From the NCBI GenBank assembly GCA_009103225.1, contig RHPI01002656.1, forward strand, positions 1-64,000: DNA of 64,000 nt, written 5' to 3'. The position numbers and the translations under genes were made by a program. The DNA is from Chlorokybus atmophyticus. Taxonomy: Eukaryota; Plantae; Mesostigma and Chlorokybus algae. Below, one piece after another: positions 39,601 to 53,184 of this stretch (its first letter is position 1; every line of letters starts with the position of its first letter). The notes under the pieces were generated by a model that saw only the letters and a program-made list of their open reading frames with translations, did no database searches and had not been told where the DNA came from.

Positions 39601-42600
39601 CAAGAGGACAAGTATCACAACACAGAACTGGCAGAGCGCCCAAGTAGTGCTATGGAGCACCCAAGCACTGAGTTGCTCCACACCACCACTGTGAGCAAGC
39701 GCAAGCTCGAGCCGCAGCAGGACAACAACATGTTGTCAACAAGCAATAAAAAACAGCGCATTGGCACAGTAATTTTGAAATATGCATTTAGTCCCCCCTC
39801 TGTGGCGTCCCTTACCAAGCACGGGATGCTGGGGAATGGGATCGACCATGGCAAGCCCTTCTACAGCGACCCTGCAGATGTGCCACCACGCGCTGCAGTC
39901 TTTGCCGGCATTGAGTTCAAAGGTGAGATGCACTTGTGGAAGCTGTATGTTGGGTAGGAATGCTCGTGTCAATGTGTGCGTGGTGAGCAGAGAGCGCGAG
40001 GGTGAGTGTAAGCGTGCATCAGCGCGCACGCGTGTGTGCATGCGTGCGTGCGAGAGTGCGTGTTAGGGCGCGTGTGCGGTGTGTGTATGACACTGTACCT
40101 GCTTGCAGTGCGTTCGTCGCATATTTCAGATGTGCCAGAGTTTCATCATTGGGGCAAGGATCTCCCTCGCGCAACGAACATGGCAGGGTTGACATCAAGG
40201 GCGGTTGGTAGGAAAAAGCTTCAAAAGGACAGCAATTTGGCAGCACAAAGGAAGCCGATTGTTCTCGCAGCGGTGAAGCCGCCGCCTTCACGCAAAGCTG
40301 TTGAAGCCTGGCTGGCCGCTCAACGCACTGCCAGCGATGAAGTGAAATTGTCAGCGGGCAAGGCTAATGTCGCCGGTGACACGTTTGTCATGGACCCGAA
40401 CACGGGCAAGCTGGTGCCAGCTGGCAACACTGAGGCCATCATGTATGCTACGCCAAGCAGCGAAGCGGACACGCAAGAAGATGGCACACATGCACGGCCG
40501 GCATCACCCAAATACAACGAGGGATATCTGCTAAGCACGATAGCGATAACGGAGATGGCTTCGCGCCGGCAGTCGACATCGACGCGCGGGACAGCTGTCC
40601 CAAGTGAACATCCTAAACAGCCAGGTGTTATGTCAACCGCCCGCAAACATGCAGGGGATATATCTCAAATATCACCCCCTGGGGGTATGTCATCAGGCAA
40701 GACCACTCCCATGAGCCAGCTGGGGTTCAAACTTGCTCTCGATCCCCATGCAGGCCAGCAAGTCACTCTCATGAGCATCGAGGTACGAGTCGATGACCAC
40801 ACAACATCAATGCGATATGCATCTGTATGCGTTGCCAGCCGACTGGATGCTTCCTGTCAGGTGCATTCGAACACGAGAGGGGATCTGCTCCCAAACCCGC
40901 AGTATGATGCAGTGCGCGCAATCATATTCTCTGTGCAAGAGAACAGTAGCGACGTGAGCGATCTGTTGACCATTGCATTGGTGAACTGCGCAGACGAGAA
41001 GTTGGAGTTCTACAAGTGAGGACCACACTGACTCAGTGTAACCTGCAATAGCGATTGCAGTTGTGAGAACTTCTGCCTGACAATCCCTCTGCGCTCACGC
41101 AAGCACAGGTCGTGTGATGCGGTGCCCGGCTGCGACGTGCGCCTGTTGTCGTCTGAGACAGCAATCCTCGACGAGTTTGTGTCTGAGGTCAGTTGTGTAC
41201 TGCAAGGTTTCAGAATCTGATATCACGCCACAGTAAGAGTAGTTCTGCCACAGCGCTCTTTTCAACAAGCACGAGCATTACAGTGTTGTTCACGCCTGGT
41301 GCTTCAGATGCGGCATTGGGATGCGGACATAGTGACAGGCTATGATGTCCAAGGTGGGTCTGTCGGTTACCTCCTTGAGCGTTCCGTGGTGATCAACTAC
41401 AATCTCCATCAGCAGCTCTCCCGTACGCCCAACATCCCAATGTAAGCCTACGCATAGGTACTTGATCTTTTACAGCGTTGTGGTTCACTGAAGCTCACAT
41501 GGAGAAATCGCAGAGACAGGGATCGCATGGATGATGAATGGGGCCGCACGCATGGATCCGGCTTCACGATCCCGGGGCGGATATCTCTCAACGTGTGGCG
41601 GTTGATGCGGGGAGAGGTGAAGCTCAACATATACACGTTTGAGGTTGTGACAGCAGCGGTGCTGCGGCGCCGCGTGCCACACATCCCTGCTCGCACACTT
41701 ACGCAGTGGTTTGATAACGTCGCCCTCCGCTGGAAATGCCTCAGTTACTTTGCCCGCCGTTGCGAAATTAATCTGCAGCTGCTTGACCAACTCGACATGG
41801 TATGGTGGTTGGCCTCACCAATGGGACAATGCTTAATTAATGGTTGCATGGTCACTGCCACGTATAATTGTTTGACGACTTAGATGAGCAACTTACACAC
41901 AAGTTATAGGGCACTCATTACCTGTACCCTGTTACTGATTCCAGGTGAATCGGACAGCAGAGTTTGCGCGAGTGTTTGGCATTGACTTCTACTCGGTCAT
42001 ATCGCGTGGGAGTCAGTACAGGGTGGAGTCGATGCTGCTGCGTCTGGCGCGTACGCAGAACTACGTGCTGATATCGCCGAGCAAGCAGCAGGTGGCGGAG
42101 CAGCCCGGAATGGAATGTTTACCTTTGGTAATGGAGCCCGAGTCCCGCTTTTACGCCGACCCCGTTATCGTGTTGGATTTTCAGTCTCTCTACCCATCCA
42201 TGGTCATTGCGTACAACCTGTGCTACTCCACATGCCTCGGACGTGTTAACCCGATCAATCCCCGCGTGTTGGGCGTCACGACAATGCGAGTCCCCAACGG
42301 GATGCTCGACAGAGCCAAGGACATGCTTCTCGCTCCCAATGGCATTATGTTTGTGGCGAAGCATGTTCGCAAGGGCGTGCTGCCGAGGCTACTGAGTGAG
42401 ATACTCGACACGCGTATCATGGTTAAGGGCGCGATGAAGCGCGCAGCACCAACTGATCACATCCTCCAGCGTGTGCTCAATGCACGCCAGTTTGGGCTCA
42501 AGCTCATTGCCAACGTGACGTACGGATACACAGCTGCGGGGTTCAGCGGCCGCATGCCGTGCTCAGAGATTGCCGACAGGTTTGTCTTGTATCATAAGGT

Positions 42601-44700
42601 GTATGCAAAGGGTACTTGATGTTGGCTGACAGCTGGCACTTGTACAGTATTGTCCAGACAGGGCGTGCGACACTTGAGCGTGCCATCCAAATGGTGGAGT
42701 CGAACCCGGCGTGGGGTGCGCGAGTTGTCTATGGCGACACAGACTCCATGTTTGTGCTCGTGCCGGGCAGAAGCCGTGGTGACGCTCACAGGTACTGTTG
42801 CTTATCATGCATGCAAATTGTTTTCGTACGCTATGTGCTGCTGTATGCTGTATGTGTTGTTGCATAGAGTTTGGCTCTTCATGATTTGGCCTCAATGCAA
42901 GCAGGATTGGTGCGGAAATCGCCGCTGCGGTTACGGCCATCAATCCGGCGCCCGTAACGCTACAGATGGAGAAGGTGTATCACCCGTGCATACTGTTATC
43001 AAAAAAGCGCTATGTTGGCTACAAGGTAAGGGGTATTGGTTGTTGTGATGCCAAACCCACGAGAGTGTAGTGTGCTTAAGCTCTGACGTTGACTCTTTTT
43101 CACCCATGGCTGTCAGTATGAAAGCGCGGCGCAGACAGTGCCAGTGTTCGATGCAAAGGGCATTGAAACGGTGCGGCGGGACTCGTGCGGTGCAGTAGCC
43201 AAGACGCTCGAAGCCTCTCTGCGCAAGCTGTTTGAGACAAAAGATCTCTCCCTGGTCAAACATTACCTGCAGCGGCAGTGGGCAAAAGTGCACTCGGGCC
43301 GCATCAACCTTCAGGTCTGTTGTAGCATCTACGCAGACTTGTGTCTCCTAACCAGGCCGTGCATGGGCGCTGTGCGTGTGGGCGCGTGCGTTTTTCCTTG
43401 CGTGCGCAGGTGCCAGTGTGTGCTTGCGTAAAAGCATACACAAACACGCACGCATGCTTGCGTGCTAACTTGTCATTTGTGTCGTGTCATCTTTATGTCT
43501 CTTGCAGGACTTTGTGTTTGCTAAAGAGGTCAAGCTAGGCACCTACAGCGCCCGTTACGACATCATTCCTCCTGCGGCGATTGTGGCATCCAAAGCCATG
43601 GCCAACGACCCTCGCGCCGAACCGCGCTACGGCGAACGAGTGCCTTATGTGGTGATCTATGGTGAACCTGGTGCGCGACTCATTGACACGGTATGCGTGC
43701 ATGTATGAATTAGGTTACACGCAAGCTCACAGTAACTTTGTTTATGGAGGATTTGTCTATGAGGCCATGCAGTTCTTCACTCTCTTGAAACACAAGAAAT
43801 AGGGTTGTATGAATGCAGTACTGCTTGGTTGACGTTGTTTGTCATGTTGTAAACAGGTGGTGTCGCCAAGGGTATTGGTTGAGAGCAATGGTGCCATGCG
43901 CCTGCACGCAACATACTACATCACGAAGCAGATTGTGCCAACATTAATGCGTGCATTCTCGCTGCTCGGCGCAGATGTGCGCGCGTGGTACAACAACATG
44001 CCACGGGCCATGCGCGCCGCGCCCACCAAGCGCCTGGCCTCTACAGCCTTTCTGGACAACTACACCAATATGGACAACAACAACAATCACAGTAATAAGA
44101 GGGGAGGGGGAGAAAGAGGCGCCACCATCGATCACTTCTATCTGTCCAGACACTGCGCCGTGTGTGGCGAGGTTGCTTCTGGAGGGCAGGTATACTACTG
44201 CTATGCATGCACAGGTTGTGTCAAGATTGTGCACCATGAGGCCGTTTCGATTAGGAGTCATCTTGTATACACCACATGACTGGTTGTTTATTTAAGTTGT
44301 TATTCTTTGCAGTTGGTGTGCAGCAAGTGCGCTGCGGAACCGCATGTCACCATGACAACCTTGACCAGAAGGGCTGCAGAACTGGAACAGCGCTATGCAG
44401 CAACAGTGACAGTAAGAATGGTTGCATGCAGCTACATCTCATGTTGGCCTTATGCTTGCTGCAAACACTTAACGGCTTTCTCCACAAATCTGTGTAATTG
44501 CATATTAGCCTTCATCTTGTCTTCACCAGGTGTGTGCGCATTGCGGCGGTGCTGATGGACGCCACGCAGGCCGCATAGTGTGCGACTCGCTGGACTGCGG
44601 CGTCTACTTCCTGCGCAGGAAGCTCGTTGGGGAGGCGCGCACAGCCCGCGCCACCGCTGCCGCTTTCGGCTGCCATGTTGCACCTTCTGACCTTTTCTGA
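36653..44700 (+). CDS. REV3: DNA polymerase zeta catalytic subunit (B family), about 20 exons
   Basis: N-terminus MFSVRIVGIDHYMA...[20 protein letters not shown]. Core motifs DEWGRTHGSG...GRISLNVWRLMR, SRGSQYRVESM, LDFQSLYPS, RQFGLKLIANVTYGYTAAGFSGRMPC, YGDTDSMFV and KGIETVRRDSC. C-terminal Cys cluster CAVC...CSKC...CAHC...CDSLDC. An alternative start at 36728 is possible. Confidence 0.96.
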
Positions 44701-46753
44701 TTTATGACGGTATGCAATATTGCGTTAAAGAGTAATAATGCTGATAACGATGCTGTTGATTGAACTCTGTTTTATTGTGGTCCTGTTTTTTCATGCACAA
44801 TGCCTGCATCGATGGTCCTGCAATTGTACTAGCAGGTGGCAAGCCAAGCCAATTTGCAACCCACCGTACACAAGACAGCAACCGCGTGCAATGTTACCAC
44901 TTGTCCACGCCTCTCCAACATGTTCGACGTGCCCCACTAACACACACGCATGGAGCCAACTGCTGCTCGTGGGCAGGCTATCTGCACAGAGTTGATTTTG
45001 TGCAGCAGCATGTAGAACAGCTGTCACCGGTATTAGGGTATCTGTATCTTGAACAAGTTGATGTCTTGCTGGTTCTGCGGACGTCCAATGACCGAAGTGC
45101 ATCATCGCTCAAAGGACTTGCAACCGGTACGTGCAGTTTGCACTCGTGGGTTGAACCTGTCCCTGTATGCATGACAACCCATGGTGAACTTCTGCATTGT
45201 CGCTTGAACTCAGTGTAACGTCCGGCATTGCAATGTGCTCACATGTTGGTGTTGTCTCAAACTTTGAAGTTGTTTCAGGTCCCCCAATTAGGGGCTGACG
45301 TCACAACATCGAGCAACAAGCAGGTGCAGACTGAAGCAGCTGGTAAACAAGTCACATTATATCCGCTCAACTGTGGTGGATCATGATCGCAAGGATTGAT
45401 AGGGTGAGGATATGGAAAAGTTTTGTGCTCAAGGGCGTGAAAAAGCCTGGGTCAGAATTACATGTCACGATTGCTTACCTCGCATGTCAATCTGGCTGCG
45501 CACATGGTATAAAGTCAGGCTTTCTTTCTTTTTATGTACGCAACTATTTGACTTCAAAACAGCCTCATTGTTGAGTTGGCAACTTCAACATTGCGTAAAG
45601 CATGTCATTTTAATGTGCATTTGACAGCTGATGATGTGCTTGCAGGGGCATCTTCATGCCTGCTGAAGCAGGCTGCATGGTGGCGGTCAAGCGGATTAGG
45701 ACAAGAAGTGGATACAACTTACGGTGCTTGGAACAGAGACTGGACCGCACTTGCAAGCGACCAGCCGGCATGCGTAATCAGTTCTTAGTTCACAGCGTGT
45801 TCTGCTATGTGACATATGATTACATAAATACCATTTGCATTTTCTGTACAGATGCTGTGCTGCTAAATACGTGTGGTCAGTAGCTAACCAGTCGCTATCT
45901 TGTCGTCTTCGCTATGTAGACTAGGCCAAGTGCACGTGCAAACAGCTTGACATGCACCACCGTTGCACACACCATCCTCTGACCAGCAACCACCGCAAGC
46001 ACAGTCCGTTGAGTCTGCTGCTATTGTTGTCGCTTCTGCTGCAAGGGCTGGCCGCTGACTACAGCCGCTGTGGTCAGGTCACTACCACTACCACAGCCGT
46101 TGATGCACGCAATAATGACTAACAGGGGGGCGGTAGGTGTGGGATCAGCATGTAGGGAAGATTAGGCCGGTGGTCGTCAGCATGTGTGCAGCATGGAGGT
46201 GCGTAAGGCTCGCGGTATGTGATGCATGACGTGAACAGGCATGTCTACACCATTTTTGCTTATCCTGTACACAACATAGCACACAAGCAGTCCTGCAGTG
46301 ACCAGTGACCACAACAGCCGGCAACAACCAGCACCAGCAAATACTAATTAGCAATCAGCAATGCCAAGACTACCACAACCGGTGCACAAGCATTTACCGC
46401 TCCGGCACAACGTAAGCTGCTGTTGCATGGGAGCCACAATTCGTATACCATTGACGCCACCCGTGATATGCGTGAAATGCCGCTGACCTTGTGAACAGTC
46501 CAGCTCATTTGCACTGAACTGTGCCCCCAGGAAGCGGAGCACTCGTGTCGTGCATTCAAGAAGCTCTGACTGCCAATGCAGCAACTGTTCTCTGTGGTGG
46601 TGGCGGTGGCAGGAAAGTGCGGTGCGGAGTGGGGGGCGGGGAGGGAGTGAGGATAGAGGTGTGACAGCATACATAGCTACCATGTTGCTGGGCTTGGAGA
46701 AGAGCTGCGACGACCGCAATTGCTGACATCCAGCTCCAAGCTGCGGCGTCATC

Positions 46754-46836
46754 GCAAGCAATGGTCTGTAGTTGAGGGCCTCAACTACAGACCATTGCTT
46801 GCAGTACAGCCTCAACTTGAGGCTGTACTGCAAGCA
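46754..46836. repeat. Overlapping double palindrome (24-bp arms and 20-bp arms, each with a 1-nt spacer)
   Basis: P1 46754-46802: GCAAGCAATGGTCTGTAGTTGAGG-G-CCTCAACTACAGACCATTGCTTGC. P2 46796-46836: TGCTTGCAGTACAGCCTCAA-C-TTGAGGCTGTACTGCAAGCA. Both are perfect. Confidence 0.97.
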
Positions 46837-48067
46837 CGAGCAATGTCAGCCATGTTTCATGCCAATTGCAGGCACAAGCGCAATGGGGCTACTGGTTGAA
46901 TGGCTGATTTTGCTGCTAGATTAGCGTGGCAAATTGAAGTGACAGCATGGTGAAATTGCACTCCCACAAGCTATACAGCTTGTACACACATTTGCTAATG
47001 TATTGGCAAATGTGCGCACCGGTCATGTTGGTCAGTGCTTGCTGGTGCTGGTCATTGCATGATGGTGCTGGACGGTGCTTGCTGTTGTTGGTCAATGACT
47101 TGCTAATGGTGTTGAGCGATAATTGTTGATGTTTTTTAGTAAGTGCTTGCTTCTAGGAATCACCTGTGTCAACTCACATGCGTGTGCTTATCTTTTGCGT
47201 GCAGCCTCGTGCAGAATGTGAGCAAGGAAGACCCTGCACCCCAGAGGAGGGCAACTTCAGCCCTGGTGGTGAAATCGACTCGAGCTCCTCCAGCTATTGA
47301 ACAAGGCAGACGCCTCTACAGACTCTACGATGGCTATGTGACATCACACCCGATATGCCATGCTGACGGCACGGGGCATACATTTCAACAATGCATGCAA
47401 GCAACGTCATCAACGAGAGAAGGTGCAATGAGCGCATGTTGTAAAAATATATGCTTATGCGACGTATATGATACATGTGACTTCTTGAATGACAACTTGT
47501 GCTGCCACACCCTAGTGGTAGTGTTGCAATGGTATTAAAGCTGAGCGGGAGTTTTCAAGTTCCATGGGATTAGATTGTCGGCGCCTTTAAAGTTGATTAA
47601 AGGCATATCATGGTAAGCATCGCGAGTCCGCACCCATTGAAGCGATGGTTGCTTAGAACCTACGCCGATCGCGGGCATGTGTTAATGATTGATAGTCAAT
47701 GCGCAAATGACTTGTTAAAGTTTGGCGATGAGTCCCATTAACCATCACCGAGACGTGGGACTTGCCGATCGTGGGCAGGTTGAGGGAAGTGCGGTAGGTG
47801 ACGTGGACGACGTGATATAATTCCACGGGTACTGAGCTAATAGGAATGTAATGTATATGATAATGAGACATACATGGGACATGTGGCTTGTTATGGCAGC
47901 AATATTTGCTGCGATTGCCTTCAGGTTACCACTAGGCTGGCCATCAGTTGTACTATATTAAGTATTGTTGCAGTGAATTGTGATCACTTCAAAAGTAGAC
48001 CTTTTGAAACCACAACCTCTAAACAAAACATTCTTTATAATGTGTAGATTCATGCAAGATTTATTGT

Positions 48068-48329
48068 TGCACGTGATCACGTGCACCAAGGAATCTATTG
48101 CACTTTTTTCATGCCACACTCGAGTGTGGCGTGAAGAATGTTTAATAGATTGTTCAACTATGTATACTACAAGCATTGCATGACAATCATGCAGCATGTG
48201 GTTGCTTAATGTGCTATTGTGTCATCATTAAAACTACATCCCGCATTTGGTGATGTATGTACATTTCGAAATGAGCAAGTTAATATGGCATATATGCCAT
48301 ATTTACTTGCGCACACATTAGTGCGCAAG
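48068..48329. repeat. Cluster of six palindromes/hairpins
   Basis: Perfect palindromes of 18 bp (48068), 18 bp (48113), 12 bp (48262) and 22 bp (48282). Hairpins with a 7-bp stem (48177) and a 9-bp stem (48306). Confidence 0.9.
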
Positions 48330-51300
48330 CAAGTATGGCATCTGCTTGTAATCACATTTTGCTATTGCAAGAATATAGCCATGGTATATTGGACCATCAA
48401 TATGATAAATGACATGTTATTGCATAATTCTTCACTAGGTCATGGTCATGCTATTATAGCTTGAGCAACTGCATTCTTTCTTATGTTTGTTACATTGTGA
48501 GGGTGCTAGCATAGTGCAATACCGTTACTCAATTTATATAGATCATAACTTTATTTTTTTCAAATGCTGACGTTCATAATTTGCTTCAAACCATGTATGG
48601 CATGGGTATGGCTTTACATTTAATGAGTTACATAATGGCAGAGTCGTGACTCACAAAGTCCGATTTCAGTACTTGTTTTTATACAAGTATTAAGAATATA
48701 GTAGTCATTATAATGTTATAATGATTAATGTTATGATCGCAGATATCTCTGTTGCACATGTGCACACCATAATTGAAGCCATTGTCGCAATGCGGTTTCG
48801 CTCAAGGGTAGTGTGGAAAGTGGTTTATCTCATATGTAGGCTATACATGCAGGTGAGTGCTTGTCGATTGATTGTTGTGTGACACACGCACATAAACCGA
48901 ATCCATGCTGAATGCCGCAGATCACAAAAATCGCTTATATGTATTGAATGTAGTTGCGGCATGCAACTATTAAGACTCGCGTAAAATGTGCTAGCTTGTT
49001 CTGAATGCGCCCTTTCCACGTCGTTGCGCAGTTGCAGGTTCGCTAGAAATAAACTCCTGGCGGTCACGCGGGCAAGCTTAATGGTTCTTCATATTGCTCT
49101 CCGCTTAAGTGCACTATACGTAAACATGGCCACTTGCAGACGATGAAAAGATGAGTTTTCATGCTTCAGCATGGTATGCTTTAGCTACACCATTGCATAT
49201 AAGCACCCCAAGAGATTTCATCCCATATGCGCGTATTGCTATTTAAACAAGGAAAAAAACAGAAAATATAATATAATGTAAATTGTACATATAAATGTTT
49301 ATATTATAGCTATGTGTGCAATGATGTGTCTAATGTCATACTTACTTAAATGCTATTAACCACAAAAAGCAGCAAACAAAAAACCGTTTAAAAGTGTGTA
49401 TACAAAAAGACTTAATATCAATTAGATAATCGTGCCAGAGCTCCTCGAGGCATACTCTCCATAAACAAGCTGTTTTGAAAAACGTTGGAGCATTTTGAAG
49501 AATAAAATTTGCTAGAGACTTTAATCGCGCGCTAGAATACCTCGGAGCCAACAAGCTAAAGTTTGTTGCATTTAATAAGACAAATCTTTTCTTACATTGA
49601 AAAACGACATGTAACGTGTTATTGTTGTTGTCGATGTTAATATATAAGTGATAATCTCGTACGTATCACTAGTAATAGTTACCACTACTCAACCGCAAAC
49701 CTGTAAGGACAATTGTCATATCATCACTTTGACACATTATTGTTTTGAAACATTATTATACGCATCGCCTATATTGAACAGTAGCGCGACTTGCTGTGCA
49801 AACAGTGCTGACCATAAACAACATGCAAACACTCTTAAAGGTGTTGAAATGAAGCAATTACATGAACTTCTCCTATAACTTCGGTATGTGTCTGAAAGTG
49901 AAGGAGGCTCGAGCGGCGTCGTTGACCATGCATAGCCTATGCATCCTGAGGACGCTGTTGCTTTCACCCTTATTGCCGTCACTGCTGCGACCACCCCGGC
50001 CTTAACCACACGGCTTTCAAGCGCCGACGGCCAACCAAGCTGTTCCCGTGTGCATGACAATGCAATTGCCATGTCTTTGGTGTTGGCAAAGCCACAACAC
50101 TATACACTACATTTTGTGTTTGCCATTGTTAATGTAATCTCGTGAACATTTAAGCAAATGAAGAGAGGTTTAAATCAAGTAGTTGCTTAATTTATATAAA
50201 CGGTTTTACCTCCATGTGCTTGTCACGCGGTATCAAGTACAATTGTAATAAATTGTAAACCCTTGACGCCTCTCCTCATCGTAGCGCTTGTGCTACAATG
50301 ACATACTGACCTTGTGGTTGTGACGGTGCTGCTCTAAAACATAAGCGCACGTACGCTCTGCATGCCTGTTCACGCTGCGCCTTGATCATGACCCCAGCCC
50401 ATCGTTGTGACTATGATACAGGTAGGTTAATTGTATGATGCCTGCTACTTCATCCCACCCCTTCTATTCACTTGCAAGCACTTAGAGCATGTAGCCATAG
50501 CTTGCTCATGCGTTTTAAAAGTCGCTGATGGTGTCTGCTGCCTACAGCATACTCCATCTTGTACATGCATGCCTTGCATGTGAGGTACAGACAAGCCCAT
50601 ATGTGTAGGGTTCATGCTCCGTGCGGCGCACGCGCGCACATCTACATTGTCTCGTAGTACTTGATGTTCAAGAAGCATCAGAGTCCCTCGATCGACCCTG
50701 GATTTTTAAGATTTCGCAATTCCAGTATCTACGATGCAATGGTGGCCACAGACTGGGGTTAGGAGCCGCAGTTGCCGCAGGCAAGATACCTTAATAACAT
50801 TGCGAGCACAGCAGCTGAAGTGCAATAGATGAAGGGCAAGATTAACACATTGCGTTTACAAATGTAGTCACTATCAGATAGCATTCATACTCTCAATTAC
50901 TATTCATATTTTAGCCAGCTCAATGATGTAAATGTTGATATTAATGATATGATATCATAGCCACGTTGTGATGCGTGCTTAACAATGTTGAGTCCTCCCA
51001 AGCCTGCTAGGTCCGTTAACATCGGCTATGATTAAGCACGAAAGCTATCGTTGTACACCATGATGTATACGTATTCTTAAAAGTTCGGCGACATGCGCCT
51101 AGCTAGTTTTGTTAGATACTGCTAGTAGGTGGACGCTGTTATGGCCTAATGCCACGTACTATAAACATGAATTTTTAAGTGGGTACGCATATCATATCAG
51201 CATACAAGGGTGGACGGAATTGTCGACAAGCCTTAATCTCTCAAGCACACATCAAGACATGTGCGCAGGCAACTACAACAACTGCGATACATGCATGCAT

Positions 51301-51930
51301 GTTTAACAGGGGGGCAGTAGTGATAGGGGTAGGGGTAGTGGGTAAATAGCATGCAAGCACATGCCTTAGCCCGGTGGTCAATTTTGTAAGTGGTTGTGAT
51401 GTGGTTGTTGAATGGCGTGTTCCCATAGATTTGTACGTACCAGCTGTACTTCACACATTTTGTACACATATATCCTCTGCATTGGCTGTACATGCAGCAT
51501 GGAAAAGCAAAGCGCCCATCGCAAGGCAACCACACGTACACAACTAGTGTCATCATACCCACGGGTACTAGATATGCAATATGCACATTCTACCACGTCC
51601 ATATGGGTACCAGTTGCGAAAATGGATGCACACATACCAGCAGGCCCCTCCCCAAACCTTGGAACAAGACATCGCCGGGAAACCGTTGTAGTTGTGCTCC
51701 AACTACTACACAACCGGTACATGTGTTCATGCACTGTATGACACAGACTAGATGCCATTGTCGGCAGATGTACAGTTGTGCTCTAACCACTCCTGCAGCC
51801 GCCAACCTGTACACACTAAGTCACACATGCTGAGTGCTTCTGCTGCACAAAGCACGGCGCGCAAGGTACCCGTAGATGCATGACACCTCAGCAGTCAGAC
51901 CACAGGTCGTTGCTCAGGCAGACGCACTCG

Positions 51931-53184
51931 TTACACTTGCGGCGGATACGCGGGGCGCAAGTACTTCTTGCCAGAGGGGAGCTCCACCTCCTGCACATCG
52001 CGGAAGCCCAACTTGTTGGCCTCCTCCGGCGGCACCAGCACAATGACCTTCTGCCCGGGCTCCCACTCTGCCGGCGTGGCCACCGGCAGCTTCTCCGTGA
52101 GCTGCAGCGAGTCTATTGCACGCAAGATCTGCAACCAGAGGCGTGATATGTGGGTATGTGTGTGTTCGCGTCAAGCAATGCACAAACAATGTTAACACCA
52201 GCGATTCGGACTCACCTCTTTGAAGCTGCGGCCTGTGCTTGCGGGGTAGTATATGACGGCTTTGAGCTGCTTCTTGGTGTTGATGATGAACACCGCGCGG
52301 CACGTCTTGGGCTCTGGCTGGCCCTCCTGCGCCTTTGGCAGCATGCCATAACGAGTGGCAATCTCACGCTTCTCATCTGTGGATTCCAACCCAACCATTT
52401 ACCACCTCAGCAAGAAGAAGACAGAAACACACATGCACACACGTGCGCGCGCATACACTCACACTGCGTTTGCGTGTGTGCGCGTGTGTGCATGCAAAGT
52501 CAAATGCCTGAAGCATGCATGGGCGAGAAAGTTCTCACCTGCTATGATAGGGTACTGCACCTTGGCTCCCGAGTACGCCTCGATGTCATTGATCCACGCG
52601 CGGTGGGACTCGATGTCGTCCACCGACAGCGCGATGATCTTCACGCCGCGCTTGTCGAACTCGCCCTGCAGCTGCGCCATGCGCCCTAGCTCCGTCGTGC
52701 AGATCGGGGTGAAGTCGCCAGGGTGTGAGAACTGCCAGCAGCAGAGTCATGCGGTCTTAAGCATGTATGGTATCAGTAAGAGGTGGGTACTAGCCTTGCC
52801 CGCACTACAGTGTGCTCACTACACTTACTGGAGCTGATAGCTTACTTAATCACAACTCTGCTTAGCAAAGCTGTGGTAAGCAAGCTATCAGCACAAGCTA
52901 GAAAAAGGTTTGAAAGCTCAACGCACTTCTGCAACAGCAAGTAACAGACTCCATGCATGCAGGCGTGCATGCATGGAGTTTGTCACAACTGTATGCAGGC
53001 ATGCATACATGCCTGCATACACGCGCGCCTGCCCAAGACTGTGCAGGCACAAAAGCATATTGTTCAGCACGGAAAGGCCTACCAGGCCGGCCCAGCTGTT
53101 GCCAATCCATTCGTGCCAGCGTATCTTGCCCTGGGTGGTGTCGGCCTCGAAGTCAGGCACCACTTCGTTCAGTATCAGACCCAT
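51931..53184 (-). CDS. PRDX6: 1-Cys peroxiredoxin (Prx6 subfamily), divergent paralogue B, 4 exons
   Basis: [34 protein letters not shown]|[16 protein letters not shown]...YPIIA|DEKREIA...[12 protein letters not shown]...[11 protein letters not shown]|[10 protein letters not shown]...[13 protein letters not shown]...SGKKYLR. Confidence 0.93.

Noticed and set aside
46350-46495. LLLHGSHNSY, resembling a PI-PLC X-box motif
   Set aside because: The frame stops shortly after and no downstream PLC motifs are present.
47511-47936. 10-bp inverted repeat CCTAGTGGTA/TACCACTAGG as possible transposon TIRs
   Set aside because: No target-site duplication, no extension of the match, and a 10-bp match at this distance is expected by chance.
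50445-50678. TCSKC in a minus-strand ORF as a possible TnpB/Fanzor zinc-finger remnant
   Set aside because: No RuvC motifs, no second CxxC at the proper spacing and no element ends.
50680-50810. GC-richer island possibly encoding an snRNA or tRNA
   Set aside because: No U1/U2/U4/U5/U6 signature, Sm site context or tRNA cloverleaf could be matched.
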